63,931 nucleotides of DNA, filler included, from Intoshia linei (GCA_001642005.1; 6 parts of 6 records of this genome joined end to end with filler, not necessarily neighbours in it), one strand, 5' to 3'; shown: positions 12,850 through 25,816, counted from the first letter of the whole stretch. A program made the numbers and translations. The notes: generated from the letters alone by a model not told the origin.

Positions 12850-14600
12850 AAATGTTAAAAATGTTTGTTTATTTATTTATTTGTTCCAGTTTATTTAAGA
12901 AAGTAAGGGGAGTCGGGTTCCATTTACAAATTCCATTTTTTTATAACAGTTCTTCAAGTGTGATGTTTTATCGCAAATTTCAATTTCACAAATTGAGTCC
13001 TACAAGGTTAAAAACCCCAATTGTCCTTTGTTTTTAAATTCAAACCCGTCCTAAAATTATAAAAAATATACATTCTAATGAAAAGTTTTAAATTGATATA
13101 TAATATGATAATTTTAAATTTCAAAATCTTATATCTTTCCGGGTAAAACCACAAATTACCTTTTTTTGTAAAAATTAAGAAAGTCCTAGAATTTTATACA
13201 ACCTAAATTGTGGGATCGTTTTTAAATCCATAATCATTATCATAAATGATAATCTCAAAAAAGGTAACTTTCACGGTCATAAACCCAGATTACCTTTTTT
13301 TTTAAAATGAAAACAGCTCTAGAATTTAAAAAAAATTACAGATAATACTGTTATATCCAGATAACAAAAAAAAATTTTCAATTTGATAAAGTGACGCTAT
13401 CACGGTTAAAAAACACTTTAATCTTCATATTTTTTTATTTCGAAACTATTTTATTAAAACAAAAAATTGAAATAATTAACGGTCCAAGAATTAAAAAAAA
13501 AGATTATTGTTATACAACTTATTCGAGTATAAATAGATATAAAAATTCAACCTCAGAAATCTACGTTTTGTCGGTGGAAGAACCGCTTGGATTTGAAATT
13601 TACAAAATAAAAACATGGACGATTTAATTGATAAATTTATTAGTATATATTTGGATCCCCTCTTTCAATCAAATTTACAAATTCATTCTCATTCAATGTT
13701 CTTGTTTTTAACTTTTTCAACTAAATTACAGTTATATATGGAATGTTGATAAATTGATAAAACATGTAAAATAATACATTAGCTAATCTTGATGGTCCAC
13801 AACCTNCGTCCTAAAATTATAAAAAATATACATTCTAATGAAAAGTTTTAAATTGATATATAATATGATAATTTTAAATTTCAAAATCTTATATCTTTCC
13901 GGGTAAAACCACAAATTACCTTTTTTTGTAAAAATTAAGAAAGTCCTAGAATTTTATACAACATAAATTCTGGGATTGTTTTAAAATTCATAATCATTAT
14001 CATAAATGGTAACCTCAAAAAAGGTAATTTTCACGGTCAAAAACCCAGATTTTTTCTATATTTTCTATTATACAAATTTCGATATTTTCTATTTTACAAA
14101 AAATTTGAAATAATTAACGGCCAAACAATTAAAAAAACGATTATTCTGATACAGCGTATTCCATTTGATATAAATACAAAATTTTAACTCAGAAATCTAC
14201 GCATTCTCGGTGAAAAATAATTTTTAATATATTATTAATTAAATATTTTTTAAATGATTAAAATTAAAAATGAAAAAGTAAATACTCATCCTACAATTTC
14301 AAAAAAAAAGTGCATTGAACGTCTACACATTTTTAATAAAGAAATACGGGTGGAAATCTATATAATTGATTCCTTCGGATTTTTTTTCATTCTCAAATAC
14401 ATGTACTCATTTTCAAAAAATTTAACGAAATTTTAGTTAAAACTACAACAACGAAGTACAACTTTGTTATTATTATTTATCATTAAATTTATTACAATGC
14501 AATGCAATGTTGGTAAAATTCCGAAATTTGTTTCTAAAGTGCTAATTCCGTTAATTATTGATACAAAATTGAAATTTTTTACTAATCGAAAGCAGTAATT
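12850..14600 (+). mobile_element. Two Helitron-family fragments sharing a ~240-bp duplicated block (13047.. and 13806..)
   Basis: Collinear with 41357..42270 and with the 9553 copy. Confidence 0.75.
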
Positions 14601-17097
14601 CAATAATAATATTATATACAATTCTAATAAAATTATACATGTAACAAATTGTAATTTCGTTAAAACATTGGAAAAAATGTATATTAACCAACTACTTGTA
14701 GAATCAAACCTACCATACCGAGACCCTTTTAAGGGTTTATCGACGACAATTTTGTAAAACTGGGCCTCATTTCTCTAGATTGATCATTATCAACTATTTT
14801 GTGTTTTATTTAAAATTTAAAATATCTAATCAAGAACCTTGGAGAAGTGGCTAAGGCTGTATGACACTACACATCTTTTGATAAAATTTTTTTAGGATTC
14901 TAATTTTTATTTACGGATGACCTCGAGCTTGGTAGGTTCGGCTCTGACCACACGTATTAAACCTTTGAGATAAAATTAAAAAATTAACCTGAACAAGTAA
15001 TTTTTAGTTTTGAGTCAAGCAATTTGAAGTAAACAATTTAAAGATTAAATTTAAACATGAAATAAATAAAATGGTGGAAAAATGGCATTACAATAATATT
15101 TTGAGCTAGTATTAGTGAATATACTAAATTACTATATATTGATTTAGATTTAATTCAAATGAATGGAAACGAAATTATTATGATCGTATGGATATTATCG
15201 ATTTTTGATTTCAATTAAAACAAAACACTGTGCAAAGCAAAATGTTTATTAATTAGATTCATCTACTTTTACTACATAGTGTACCTTGTTAATTGAGCGG
15301 AAATTTTTCAATTGTAAAATTGTATTAACGATTTAATAATTGGATCACGGAATGAGTAAAATTATAATTATTGATAAATCCAATTGTCATGTAATATATT
15401 ATTAGCCACGTTTTTTGTTAATGCAAAGTTTTTACTTTGTAATTGTAAATGCAAGCATGAATAAAAACGTTGATAATTATTTCTTGATTACACTCTATTT
15501 TAAACACTTTTAAAAATTTGTATTCATTAAATCACTTAAATTTATATATTTCTTATTAATAATTTTTTGTATCAGTTTACGTATTTTTATTACTAACTGT
15601 TAATAATATCCACTATAAATCGATAGATGAATATTTACTTGTTATATTCAAGCAATTTATCACTAAATACTTTTGCTATGTTTTAGTGGTAATCTCATCT
15701 GAAACTTAAAATAGATATTGATATCTATCTAATAAATTCAACAAGTGTTCACTTTTTTTAAATTAAATTAGTATACTTTACATTTACAAGTTTAAATGAA
15801 TCTATTAATCAAGTAGAAGTGATAAACTTGACAATGCTTGAAATGAGGAAAAATGTATACCTAAAAATGGAAAATTATTAATACATTTTTGTATAATTCA
15901 TATATAAACCATTCAATTTGTGATTTGACTATTTTGTGTTAAATTTAAAATGTCAAGTCATGACTGATGATCCTAATACAGGTGATTAGGGCTATATGAC
16001 ACTGCGCATAGTTATTGAAAATTTTTCATTTTAGAGTGGCCTCGAACTGGGTATACTCACTTATATAAAGTAAAAGTTGCTAAAATTCTGTCCGTCCAAC
16101 ATTTATTGAGAAAACTCACTCCCAGAAACATAAAAACATTTATTTTAAGTTAGTTTTTTCCGACGCACAAAATTTTTTACAGTTTTTATAAATTTCTACG
16201 ATTACAGATTCCAACAAACATAATAGAAATTTTTATGAAGCAAAAACGTAATTTTGTGTGTTGTAGTAAAAGGATATCTTTGTGAAATTGCTTAGTTGTA
16301 AGTTAGATTTTGAATATTAAAAAATATCAAAATTAATGTATTGAATTTTTGATTCCACATAGAAATGTATCAATTTATATTTTATGCAATGCAGGAATTT
16401 ATCGAATGTGACATGTATCGTTATTCAATTTGAATTAACTTGTCAATACTGATATCATCTTTAATATTCACAACGTTCGTTGGAATAAGATATATTTATG
16501 TATTAAAAAAAAACCTGGATTAAAGTATTACATTAATAAATTTACAATTTTGATCTAAATTAAAAATTAAAAAAAGTACAATAACTTTTATATTACATAA
16601 AATCATTTTTTATGAGATTATAATTATACAATATTATTTAAAAAATGAAAACCTTTATTATAAAAATATTTATGCCGACAAATTGAATAAACAATTTAGT
16701 AACTGAGACATTGCAGTTAGTGTAATGAAACGACAGACAAGCCTTGACCCGGTGAACAGTATTGATAAACTTAACAATTTAATCGGTTAATAATTAAAAA
16801 AATTACGATAAATGTATATTATTATAGTAAATTGAATAATTTAATCAATAACGCATTATTTGCTACATCATCAAGAGTGGAAGCATTGAGACGAAGATGA
16901 AAATAATTTTTACATCAATACCAAAATGCCTGACATCTTTTATTCGTGGAATCGATAAGGGAATACAATTGCACTGGCACTGTTGTTTCATAATTAAATT
17001 TAAAAACAATCACGTGAGTTGTGACAACTATACAAAATTGAAACCATAATTTATTTAATTATGTACAATAATAAAATTTAAATAATATACTGAGAAC

Positions 17098-17854
17098 CTA
17101 GCGTGTATGTCTAGGATAAAAATTATACTCGTAATGGGAGGGATAATAACAAGGATTCGTGTGTGTATTCACTGAGTCATGCGTACGAGCAACACGTTGA
17201 TATGGAGTTCTGCTTATATTGCGAGTATTGTTAATAACGCTGGAGTTGGCGTTGTGGTCGGCAAACATGGATAGGTCCCTATAATAATCTGGACCGTTAC
17301 TTTGAGGTTCTCTTCTAAAATTTGAGTTGGTAGTTCCATTTCCGTTCATATTATTAGGATGAAATGAGTTTGAAAAAGCGACATTATGGGCATCATTGTA
17401 AGCACAATCCTTGGAACTTCCATTGTAGAGAGAAATGTTACATGTCTCATTATAAGGCCTTCCATTCATCAAATAATGATCGCTACTGATTTTGTCAGGG
17501 TGTGTAAAGTTACCGGATCCGTTTCGAAACGAATTATCTTCAAATGCAGGTAAATTAAAGTTATTAAAAACAGAATTAGGTTCCTTTGTCTGGGCATTGT
17601 TCCAACCCAAATTTAAACCAGAAACGTTGTTATTGTCTTGATGAGAACCCCATGATGCATTGTTGACATTTTGATTCAAATTATTAACCATATCATCGAT
17701 AGATTGCTCTAAAATTGAAAAAATAAAGAAACATTACATTTAAAATATACTTTCAACATTAGAGTTTTGATATCTAAAATAAAAAATATAAAAAGATAAA
17801 TCGAGTAAATTAAAATATACAAACCAGTTGTACTAGACTCAATGTCTGCTTAAT
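17098..17854 (-). CDS. Asn-rich low-complexity protein of unknown function; large last exon plus at least two tiny upstream exons
   Basis: 197-aa open frame with coding-like GC; acceptor near 17709; small GT-AG-bounded exons near 17751-17772 and 17825-17854; start not located. Confidence 0.6.
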
Positions 17855-18301
17855 CTGTAAAAATTAAATACATTGCAAGTTAATATTAATTTATTTTGTA
17901 ATCTCAAAATGTGTCAAAACGAAAAGTACTCTAAAAATACCTCTAGATTTTTAAAGTGGCCCAAGGGCAATCAAAAATTTACAGGCACTATTGATGAAAT
18001 GTGATGACTAGGTTTTGTTTTTAAGTTTAATATATTTTGCATAAGGTTTTAATCAATACAATAATAAGGGCTAGACATGTTATATAATACAATGAATCTT
18101 GATGTCATTTTTATCATAATTTTTACAATTTTAAATTTGTTAATTGGTGCTGTACACAAATTGATTATATTGAATTAAATTCATTGTGTGAATAAAAATG
18201 TAGTTTTTTCAACTATCACGATATACGGATACTAAACTTTGTTCATTTATTTGTTCTAGTTTATTTACATTTTAATTTTAATATTCATTTACACTTGTTA
18301 A

Positions 18302-18848
18302 CCCTTTCACTGTTTGAGAACCACTAGTGGTTCTTAGTAAATATCTTGTAAAACTTTATTTTTTTAACCAAACTATATAGGGGAGTTTTTAGTAATTTTT
18401 TTTAGCAAAACTTTATAGGGGTGTTTTTAGGAATTTTTTTAACCAAATTTATTAATGATATCGAATAAACTAAATAATCTTCAAAAAATTATAATGATTT
18501 AATTACAGTATATATGATAAATAGGCTATAGATTTTCATGTTTTAGATTGTAGTAAAGTAGACAAAGAGCTTCGTTGCAAAGTTTACATTCGGTGGTCGT
18601 TTTTTTTGTTCTGAGTTGAGCATTTTCCCGGTTATTATTGTTGGATAAAACTTGATAGCAGCTCTTACATCGCCTCCGAATAAATTTTCCATTTCGCAAT
18701 CCAATTATTGTTAATGGATGAGATTTTGGCTTAGAATTGGTACAAGCCGTTTTTGGTTTAATTAGTTCATTAATAATTGACTCAGAGAATTCGACTAGTG
18801 TCATTTTTGAGATAAGATTATAATAGTTATTATAAATTATAGAGCTAT
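18302..18848 (-). mobile_element. 3' end of a piggyBac transposon (C-terminal Cys-rich domain plus TIR), cut by a gap
   Basis: RRRCKSC...KTTTECKLCNEALC motif; TTAA|CCCTTTCACTGT terminus at 18298-18313. Confidence 0.8.
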
Positions 18849-18948
18849 NNNNNNNNNNNNNNNNNNNNNNNNNNNNNNNNNNNNNNNNNNNNTTAATTAA
18901 TTAANNNNNNNNNNNNNNNNNNNNNNNNNNNNNNNNNNNNNNNNNNNN
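18849..18948. other. Artificial gap linker N-TTAATTAATTAA-N; also at 25817, 50592, 56591 and 60729
   Basis: Same 100-nt layout five times; the 12-mer has stops in all six frames. Confidence 0.97.
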
Positions 18949-19370
18949 AAGCATAGAAGATTTTTTAAAAATAGATTATGATGAAAATGAGGCTATACTT
19001 TCAGAAATAGAAGAAAGCCCAAAGGACACAGTTAATCAACTTAAGACAATAAAAGATGATGAAAAAGAGGAAAGTATTCCAGAAAAAGTTAGTGAAGAAG
19101 AATTTTTAATGGCTATTCAAACGATAAAACTTTATTTAAATTAATCAAATGATATAACTGATCCTTATTATGAATTGAATAAGAACATAGAAAAATTTAT
19201 TTATAAAAAGAGAAATTTAGAAAAGAAAAAAAAAGTCATAGATGCATTTTTTATAAAAAAAAACAATAAAAATTATATCTTTATATTCTTAAAATTTTGA
19301 TCATTAGGATTCTCAAATTCGCTTCTGATTTTCGATTTCCCGACATCGGTGAATTTGAGAATATTCACTG
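18949..19370 (+). mobile_element. 3' end of a pogo/Tigger-like transposon
   Basis: Acidic tail ending KKVIDAFFIKK with an in-frame stop; terminus GAATATTCACTG|TA. Confidence 0.55.
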
Positions 19371-19823
19371 TACTAGTATTTCAGCCGAAACCTGATATAG
19401 GAATTTAATTACTTTTTAACAATAATCGTTATTTAAATAAAACCAGTCGGTGTGTAATGTACTATAATAATTATAATAGTAAATATTTATTTTCCAAACT
19501 AAGAGTCCTAAGTGCTAGGACAATTTTTCCGTGTTTCATCATATACATGTATTTCAGTCACAAATTTTCCGAATCAAAAAAGAATATTACGATTGTATCA
19601 CCCAATATTTTGAATTATAATTAAATTTTAAAATTAAAGCTTATCTGTCATAATAAAACTAGCAATGGAATATCGATGGTATAATTTAGTAATTACTATC
19701 ATTGCCCGTTCATATCTATCATAGGCCTCTGAAAAAAAGAATTAACTTAGTTAATGTAATGGTTTACAGTTACAAAATTCTTATAAACGATAATTTAATT
19801 TACATAATTTTTTATTAAAATTT

Positions 19824-21002
19824 GTGTGTAAAAAGTTCGAATACCCTGATATTTTAATTTTGCAATTTATCTACAACTTTTATTTAGATAAATACAATTT
19901 CAGTCGTTATTACCAAGAAGAAATAAATGATTCTGTCATGATATTATCACTTGTTAATAAGTATGAAAGGATGTATGGTGTAACTCCTAATTCCACTATA
20001 TCATTTGGGAAATTAACGTGGCGTGGTATTTACCAACACTTCATACTCGGAAAATTGTATAAGGATGTTTATTCACCAATGTCTTTTAAAAATAATAATG
20101 ATTTTTCAAAAAATGTTAAAGTATTCTTTTCTCCTTGTTCCAGAACTTTCCAAAGCTCTATTGCTTTTCTGACATCATTTATATCTGAAAATATAACTTT
20201 GTCAAATCTTGATGACGCATTTCAATCAACGAATCCCAAATATAAATGTAGATTTTGTTTTCAGGATGAAACCTGCGCTAAATGTCAATCAAAAATTGAA
20301 ATGTTGAAATTAAATCGTCCGAAGCAACTATATAGTAAATATATAAATTCTAAAAATGATGGTACCTTTACAAATTTCCTTGATCTGGTCAGGTTGATTG
20401 AAAATAATATTTCACGATATCTAATAAAAAAGGAAAATATAACATTTTTTTTAATAAAGAATATTGTCCGTTTAATTGACTCGCATTCCATATATCAATG
20501 TAATTTCCTAGATGAGGAAAATATAGATTTATTTAATAATTACGAAACAGATATGAAATATGTTAATTTGTTATTTAAAGCATACGAAGAAATTGTTATG
20601 TTGGATAATTATGGAAACTTAATGGCAATCATAGAAGATTTGGATACAGTAAAATCTGTTCTCTCAAATTTATATAAAATGATACAACAAAATGCAAAAC
20701 CAGATAACGATTCAACCAACATATACTTGTATTTTGGACACGATTCAACTATAATCAATATATTACGAATAATTGGTATTAAATCCGTAGATTGGCCTCC
20801 ATATGCATCTCAATTAATTTTTGAATTGTATGTGAAGAATAACAGTGACAATAACGTATATTTGAGAATTTTTTACAATGGAAATAAAATATTATTAAGC
20901 AAGGATCTTCATAAAAATTCTAATTTTACTCTAACGGATTTGTTATCCATTGTTAAGAAAAAAGAAAAACGTATATTAGAAAAATATAAAAAATTGTGTT
21001 AA
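19824..21002 (+). CDS. Histidine acid phosphatase family protein (branch 2; PXYLP1/ACP-like); 5' exons unresolved
   Basis: GKLTWRGIYQHFILG, SRTFQSSIAFL, YFGHDSTI (HD motif), WPPYASQLIFELY. Confidence 0.85.
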   Translation: MCKKFEYPDILILQFIYNFYLDKYNFSRYYQEEINDSVMILSLVNKYERMYGVTPNSTISFGKLTWRGIYQHFILGKLYKDVYSPMSFKNNNDFSKNVKVFFSPCSRTFQSSIAFLTSFISENITLSNLDDAFQSTNPKYKCRFCFQDETCAKCQSKIEMLKLNRPKQLYSKYINSKNDGTFTNFLDLVRLIENNISRYLIKKENITFFLIKNIVRLIDSHSIYQCNFLDEENIDLFNNYETDMKYVNLLFKAYEEIVMLDNYGNLMAIIEDLDTVKSVLSNLYKMIQQNAKPDNDSTNIYLYFGHDSTIINILRIIGIKSVDWPPYASQLIFELYVKNNSDNNVYLRIFYNGNKILLSKDLHKNSNFTLTDLLSIVKKKEKRILEKYKKLC

Positions 21003-21032
21003 AGATTTACATTTATTACATATATTTTTAAT

Positions 21033-24000
21033 TTAATCTGAATCTTCTGAATCTTCTTCAATTGTAGATGTTTGATGAGCTGATACACCAGCAGTTTTCG
21101 CTCTGCCAGCAAAATAATGAGGCATCTGTGATATTATAATATTGTAAGGAATAGAAGAAACTTGACACATTTCATCGTTACCTTCTGCCGTTACTACAAT
21201 ATCTGTAAATAAGACACATTCACTTAATTTTTCTTCAAATAGACATGACTGTTTATGTATTGACAATTTATGATAATTTTTAACAGTTCTGTATGTATTT
21301 TCCGAGTCTAAACATGCAATACTGGTAAAGTATCCTGATACTAAACACCTGAAAATGAGTTCTAAATTTCCTTCACATGTGCTTTCTGTGTTTACATTAT
21401 AATTTTTGATTAATAGTGATTTTAATTGTGTTCGTATTTCTACAGATCGGTTTAATGCTAAAAAATGAAAAAATAAATTGATTTCATTTACTATACAAAA
21501 AAATAAAATAATAAAACTAATATTTTTATTTTACTTGTGAAGACCTAATTTTATTAAAATATTTTTTATAATAGAGTCAACGCTTCAAAACGAACATAAC
21601 ATAATCCCACATTTTAATTATAAAAATTTGTTCGAATTTTCACTAAATTAATCAACTAATCAAATGTAAATTAGCCATTAGACCAGTTTTTCTCATACAG
21701 TGCTCCCCAGTAGAGTTCTGCAACACGATCCGATTCGATCCGAACACGAACTTGGGCTCTTTTCGGATGGTGTTGAAACTATTTTTATATTTCTTGTTCG
21801 TTTTCGGATGGTCTTAACGAAATTTTTATATTTCGTATTTTAAGTTTTTAATTAACTAATCTTTAATTTAATTTAATTAATTTTTGATTAAATTTTAATC
21901 GTGTTTCAGACAAAAATGTTCGTTTCGTTATTACATATCAACACGATCCGATGCAGAACTTTACTCCCCAGTAAATGTTACGTGTGCTCAGCGAGTTGCC
22001 TTTTCACAGAGGGTCCAATGAAAAAAGGTTGAGCACTACGTTACACACTAATATTCACTTTTCTTTCAGAGAAATGTAATGTATTCTCTAATTTTTGGGT
22101 GTTAAAACCGATCTGTTCTTTATTTAGTGTTGGCTGTATTGAGATCTTTTAAATCAGTGGTCTTAAATCTATTCGAATTCGCTACCCCTTATGAAAACTT
22201 TAGCGACGCAAAAATTATTTTTCTATATATTCCAAACATATCAATTTAACATAAATAAATACATTCATAAAATTTTCAAATTCTCGCGTCACCCGGTTGA
22301 AAAACAGTCTTATACAAATGAAAAAAGATGTAGTAAGAGTTTGAAATTTCTACTGATTATGTAAATAAATTGTTGTTTACAATATGTATCTTGATTTTTT
22401 TAATTTTTTTAAGATTTTCAAAAAAACTTATAACATTAAATAACTTAAAAAATATGATTATAAATTACCTCCATAATTTAAATAATTTTGTTGACACCAT
22501 ATCTGATTTTCTTTATTTACAATATAAAGGTTGTATACATTGATTAAAGAAATATGATCACCTTCTTTAACACAAAACCTACGCCTACTATCATCAGCAG
22601 CTTTACGTCTATTGCGAGGCTGTATAAATATAGATTTTACCTGCATCATAGAAATAAGGGTAAGCATTTCTTGCATGCAATTTAATTTGTCTGCGTTGTA
22701 TAGAGAAATTGCATCGGATGCATTTAAAGGCAAATCCAGTGTTAACTGAGCATATGGCTGAATGAAGGCAAACGCTTCATCCAAAATATTCATTGCAAAC
22801 AATTTTTCTAAAGAAGACAATACAACGTTTCTATTCAAGGGTGACAAAAACTGAACATCCAATAATTTATCAATTTTAAGTGATTTAAGTTTTAGAATAA
22901 CTTGCTCGTTATTGGTACGTTGAATTTCAGGTATAACATTGTCTCTAAAGTTGTCATATGCTTTTTTTGTGTATAATCTATATACTTCTCCATCAGTTAA
23001 CCTTCCCGCTCTTCCGGCTCGCTGAATTGCTGATGACTTTGAAATTGGCATTATATACAATGATTCTATATTGGACTTTACATTATAAACTCTTAGCTTC
23101 TCAAATCCACTGTCTATTACGTATTTAACGTCTGTTATAGTTAATGATGTTTCTGCTATGTTGGTAGATACTATAATCTTCCTAGTTTCTCTATTACAAT
23201 ACTGAAAAACTCTTTGTTGTTGGTTGCGTGAAAGACCGCCATGTAAAGGGAGTATGCGTATATTCATCTTACATATGTCCTTAATTGAATCACTTTCTTT
23301 ATTTAAAAGAGATATTAAATATTCAATTTCATCCTGACCTGATAGAAACACTAAAATTGCACCATTGTCAACTCGAGATTGTTGAATGTGTATCTTTTTA
23401 ACAATTTCAAATGATTTATTAATGTAATTAGCCACAGGACAATCGATATTATAAATTTTAACTTTGAATTCACGTCCCGGGATATTTATGGCATAACATT
23501 TCAAATACTTTACTTGATCAGTCGTATTATTTATATGCCCAGAAAATTTAGATGGGTTGATATCACCCTTTGTAAAAAAATTCATTAGTTTTTCTTTGTT
23601 GCTTGAAGCTGAAGAAAGAATTAGCTTAAGATCGGGCCTCTTTGAACACATTAAGCGCTTTATGGTGGATATGAGTATATCAACTTCAACTGATCGTTCG
23701 TGAATTTCATCTATTACAATCACTTTTACATCACTAAGTACTGGGTCTGATACCAACATTTTTAGTAGTAAGCCGTTAGTCACATATATTATTTTTGTTA
23801 TATTTTTGTCATAGCATTGGTCAAACCTCACTCGATAACCAACTAAATTTCCTAATACACAATCTCTTTCTTGAGAAACTCTAACAGCAAGAGATATTGC
23901 TGCAATTCTTCGCGGTTCTGCAATTAATATATTCCTTCCTGAGGCGGTCCAATCTGCGTCATATAGATACTGTGGAATTTGAGTGCTTTTGCCACACCCA

Positions 24001-24191
24001 GTTTCACCTGTGATTAGGACAACTTGATAATTTTTTACCAGGTATAGAAAATATCTTCTATAAGAATTTATTGGTAATCGCTCCCTATGTTTTCCTAATG
24101 ATAAATTACTATCTGCATTTTTTGATATGGAAGAGAAATCATCTGACCAATCATTTTTTTCATAGTTAACTCGGTTCAAACATTCATTCAT
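21033..24191 (-). CDS. DHX35: DEAH-box RNA helicase, DHX35-like; exons 24191-22469 and 21457-21033
   Basis: GETGCGKSTQIPQYL, DEIHER, TNIAETSLTI, QRAGRAGR, EGDHISLINVY; short N-terminus; exon 2 supplies the OB-fold tail. Confidence 0.88.
21711..21963. mobile_element. hAT MITE with an 8-bp TSD, inserted into another MITE (21698..22039)
   Basis: TIR TAGAGTTCTGCA / TGCAGAACTTTA flanked on both sides by CTCCCCAG; a partial inverted copy lies near 51109-51260. Confidence 0.8.
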
Positions 24192-24629
24192 AAAAAATAA
24201 TATTTAAATTGTGTAATTTTAAAGTTTAGTGAGGTAGTTATTAACAACAGTAATCAGATTCAATCAAATTTTCCTGTGAAATTCACTTACAGCAGTATTT
24301 CCCAAGTGGGAACTATCGCCCACTTGGGGCGGCCGCCTCCCTGGCGTGACAAATGTACCCCTAAAATATTTTAATTTGTGTACATTGTGAAAAATTAAAA
24401 TTTTTTCTAGTACCCATTGTTTACGTTTTATGTATATAATGATCATTTATAATAAATCTATGTATCATTTTTTATGTTAGTAACTTACTTTTAAGTTAAA
24501 TTATCAGATTTAACGTTGTTCATAATCAAAAGAGAAAATTGCTACGTTTATAAATCATCCGTGTTTATTTATTGTCACAAAATTTTAGAATTCAAAACCA
24601 ATTAGTTTCACAATTATATAAGTACATGT

Positions 24630-25100
24630 GTTGTACTAGCATACAATCTGGATTGTATTAATAAACTTATCATTGAACTTGCTGATCACAACATTGACGG
24701 AGAGGACTAAAAACAAATTGAAATTTAATTAAAAAGTAATATTGAAAATGAATAATTTGGGAATACCATCTAAATTAATTAGAGATATGGAAAATTAACT
24801 GAATCACCAGAAGAATGGTTTGATCAATTTGAAAGATTTGTAACGATCACATTTGACTCTAAAATACAAAAAAACAAAAGACAAAAATACGGTTAAGATT
24901 CTCTCATAATACTTTGAATGCAATATGTTTTTTGAAATCCTATTTTGCATCTGAAATAGAGTTCCACTGGATTTATTGTCCAGAATCTGAACTCCAGATA
25001 TAAGTACTAATAAATAAGTACTTTTCGAATGTCTTACAAACAAAAAGAACAATAAAATTAGAATTGACAGTTTTAACATTTTCAATAATTTAAAAAGAAT
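24630..25100 (+). mobile_element. Possible LTR-retrotransposon gag remnant
   Basis: Broken frame with GKLTESPEEWFDQFERF, a gag-like motif; weak LTR-like segment upstream. Confidence 0.3.
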
Positions 25101-25641
25101 TAACATTTAAATATGAAGTGTAAATGTTGATTTTATTAGTATTTATCATTGAAAATTATTTTTTACATAATTGACTATTATTTAGTTTATTATTTATTTT
25201 ATCTATTATTTAGTTTTGAAAAGTATTAATTTACTTCTGGTCGCACTACTTAAATATGTAATTAATAATTACTAATTATATAAAGTGGCCAGAAAAATAC
25301 CTACTATCACATTTAGTTTATTTGGAATAAATTTTTATTCGTCATCATGGATTACTAGTTTTGGCTTTACATTTAACACCAAATAAACCAAAATTGATAT
25401 TACGTATTTTTTCTGAGCACTTTAAATTATAGGTAGTGAAAATTTTATTGGGTAAATTACCGGTAATGAAAAATTCGGTTAAGTTGAAACACCCACACCG
25501 ACTTTAGTATAAACCTACGTTATGAATGAATGTAGGTCTACTCTTTCTCTTATGTTGTTGTGTCTTTTATTATTATTCTTTCCTTTTGTGTCACTGTGAT
25601 ATTGTTCATTGTACAATGTGCATCACTATATTTATATAAAG

Positions 25642-25816
25642 CAGTGGTTCTTAAACGGGGGTGCATAATCAATTTTTGGGGGTGCACAGAGCTATTTTCA
25701 ATTTTTTTTTAAATACATTAATAAAATAATTAGTTAAAAATTAATTATTAATTGCCTTATTTTCTACACTAAATATCAAAATAGCAAAAATTAAAATGAT
25801 AAATTAGATTTATTTT
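25642..25816 (+). mobile_element. hAT MITE end; same family inverted near 62990-63121
   Basis: CAGTGGTTCTTAA...GGGGGTGCATAATCAATTTTTGGGGGTGCACAGAGCTAT shared with the reverse complement of 63050-63121. Confidence 0.7.

Noticed and set aside
13047-14050. Near-identical ~240-bp direct repeat
   Set aside because: Lies within Helitron sequence; adjacent copies or repeat mis-assembly explain it.
18849-18948. Recurrent palindromic TTAATTAATTAA islands inside N runs
   Set aside because: Artificial six-frame-stop scaffolding linker, not biology; adjacency across these gaps is uncertain.
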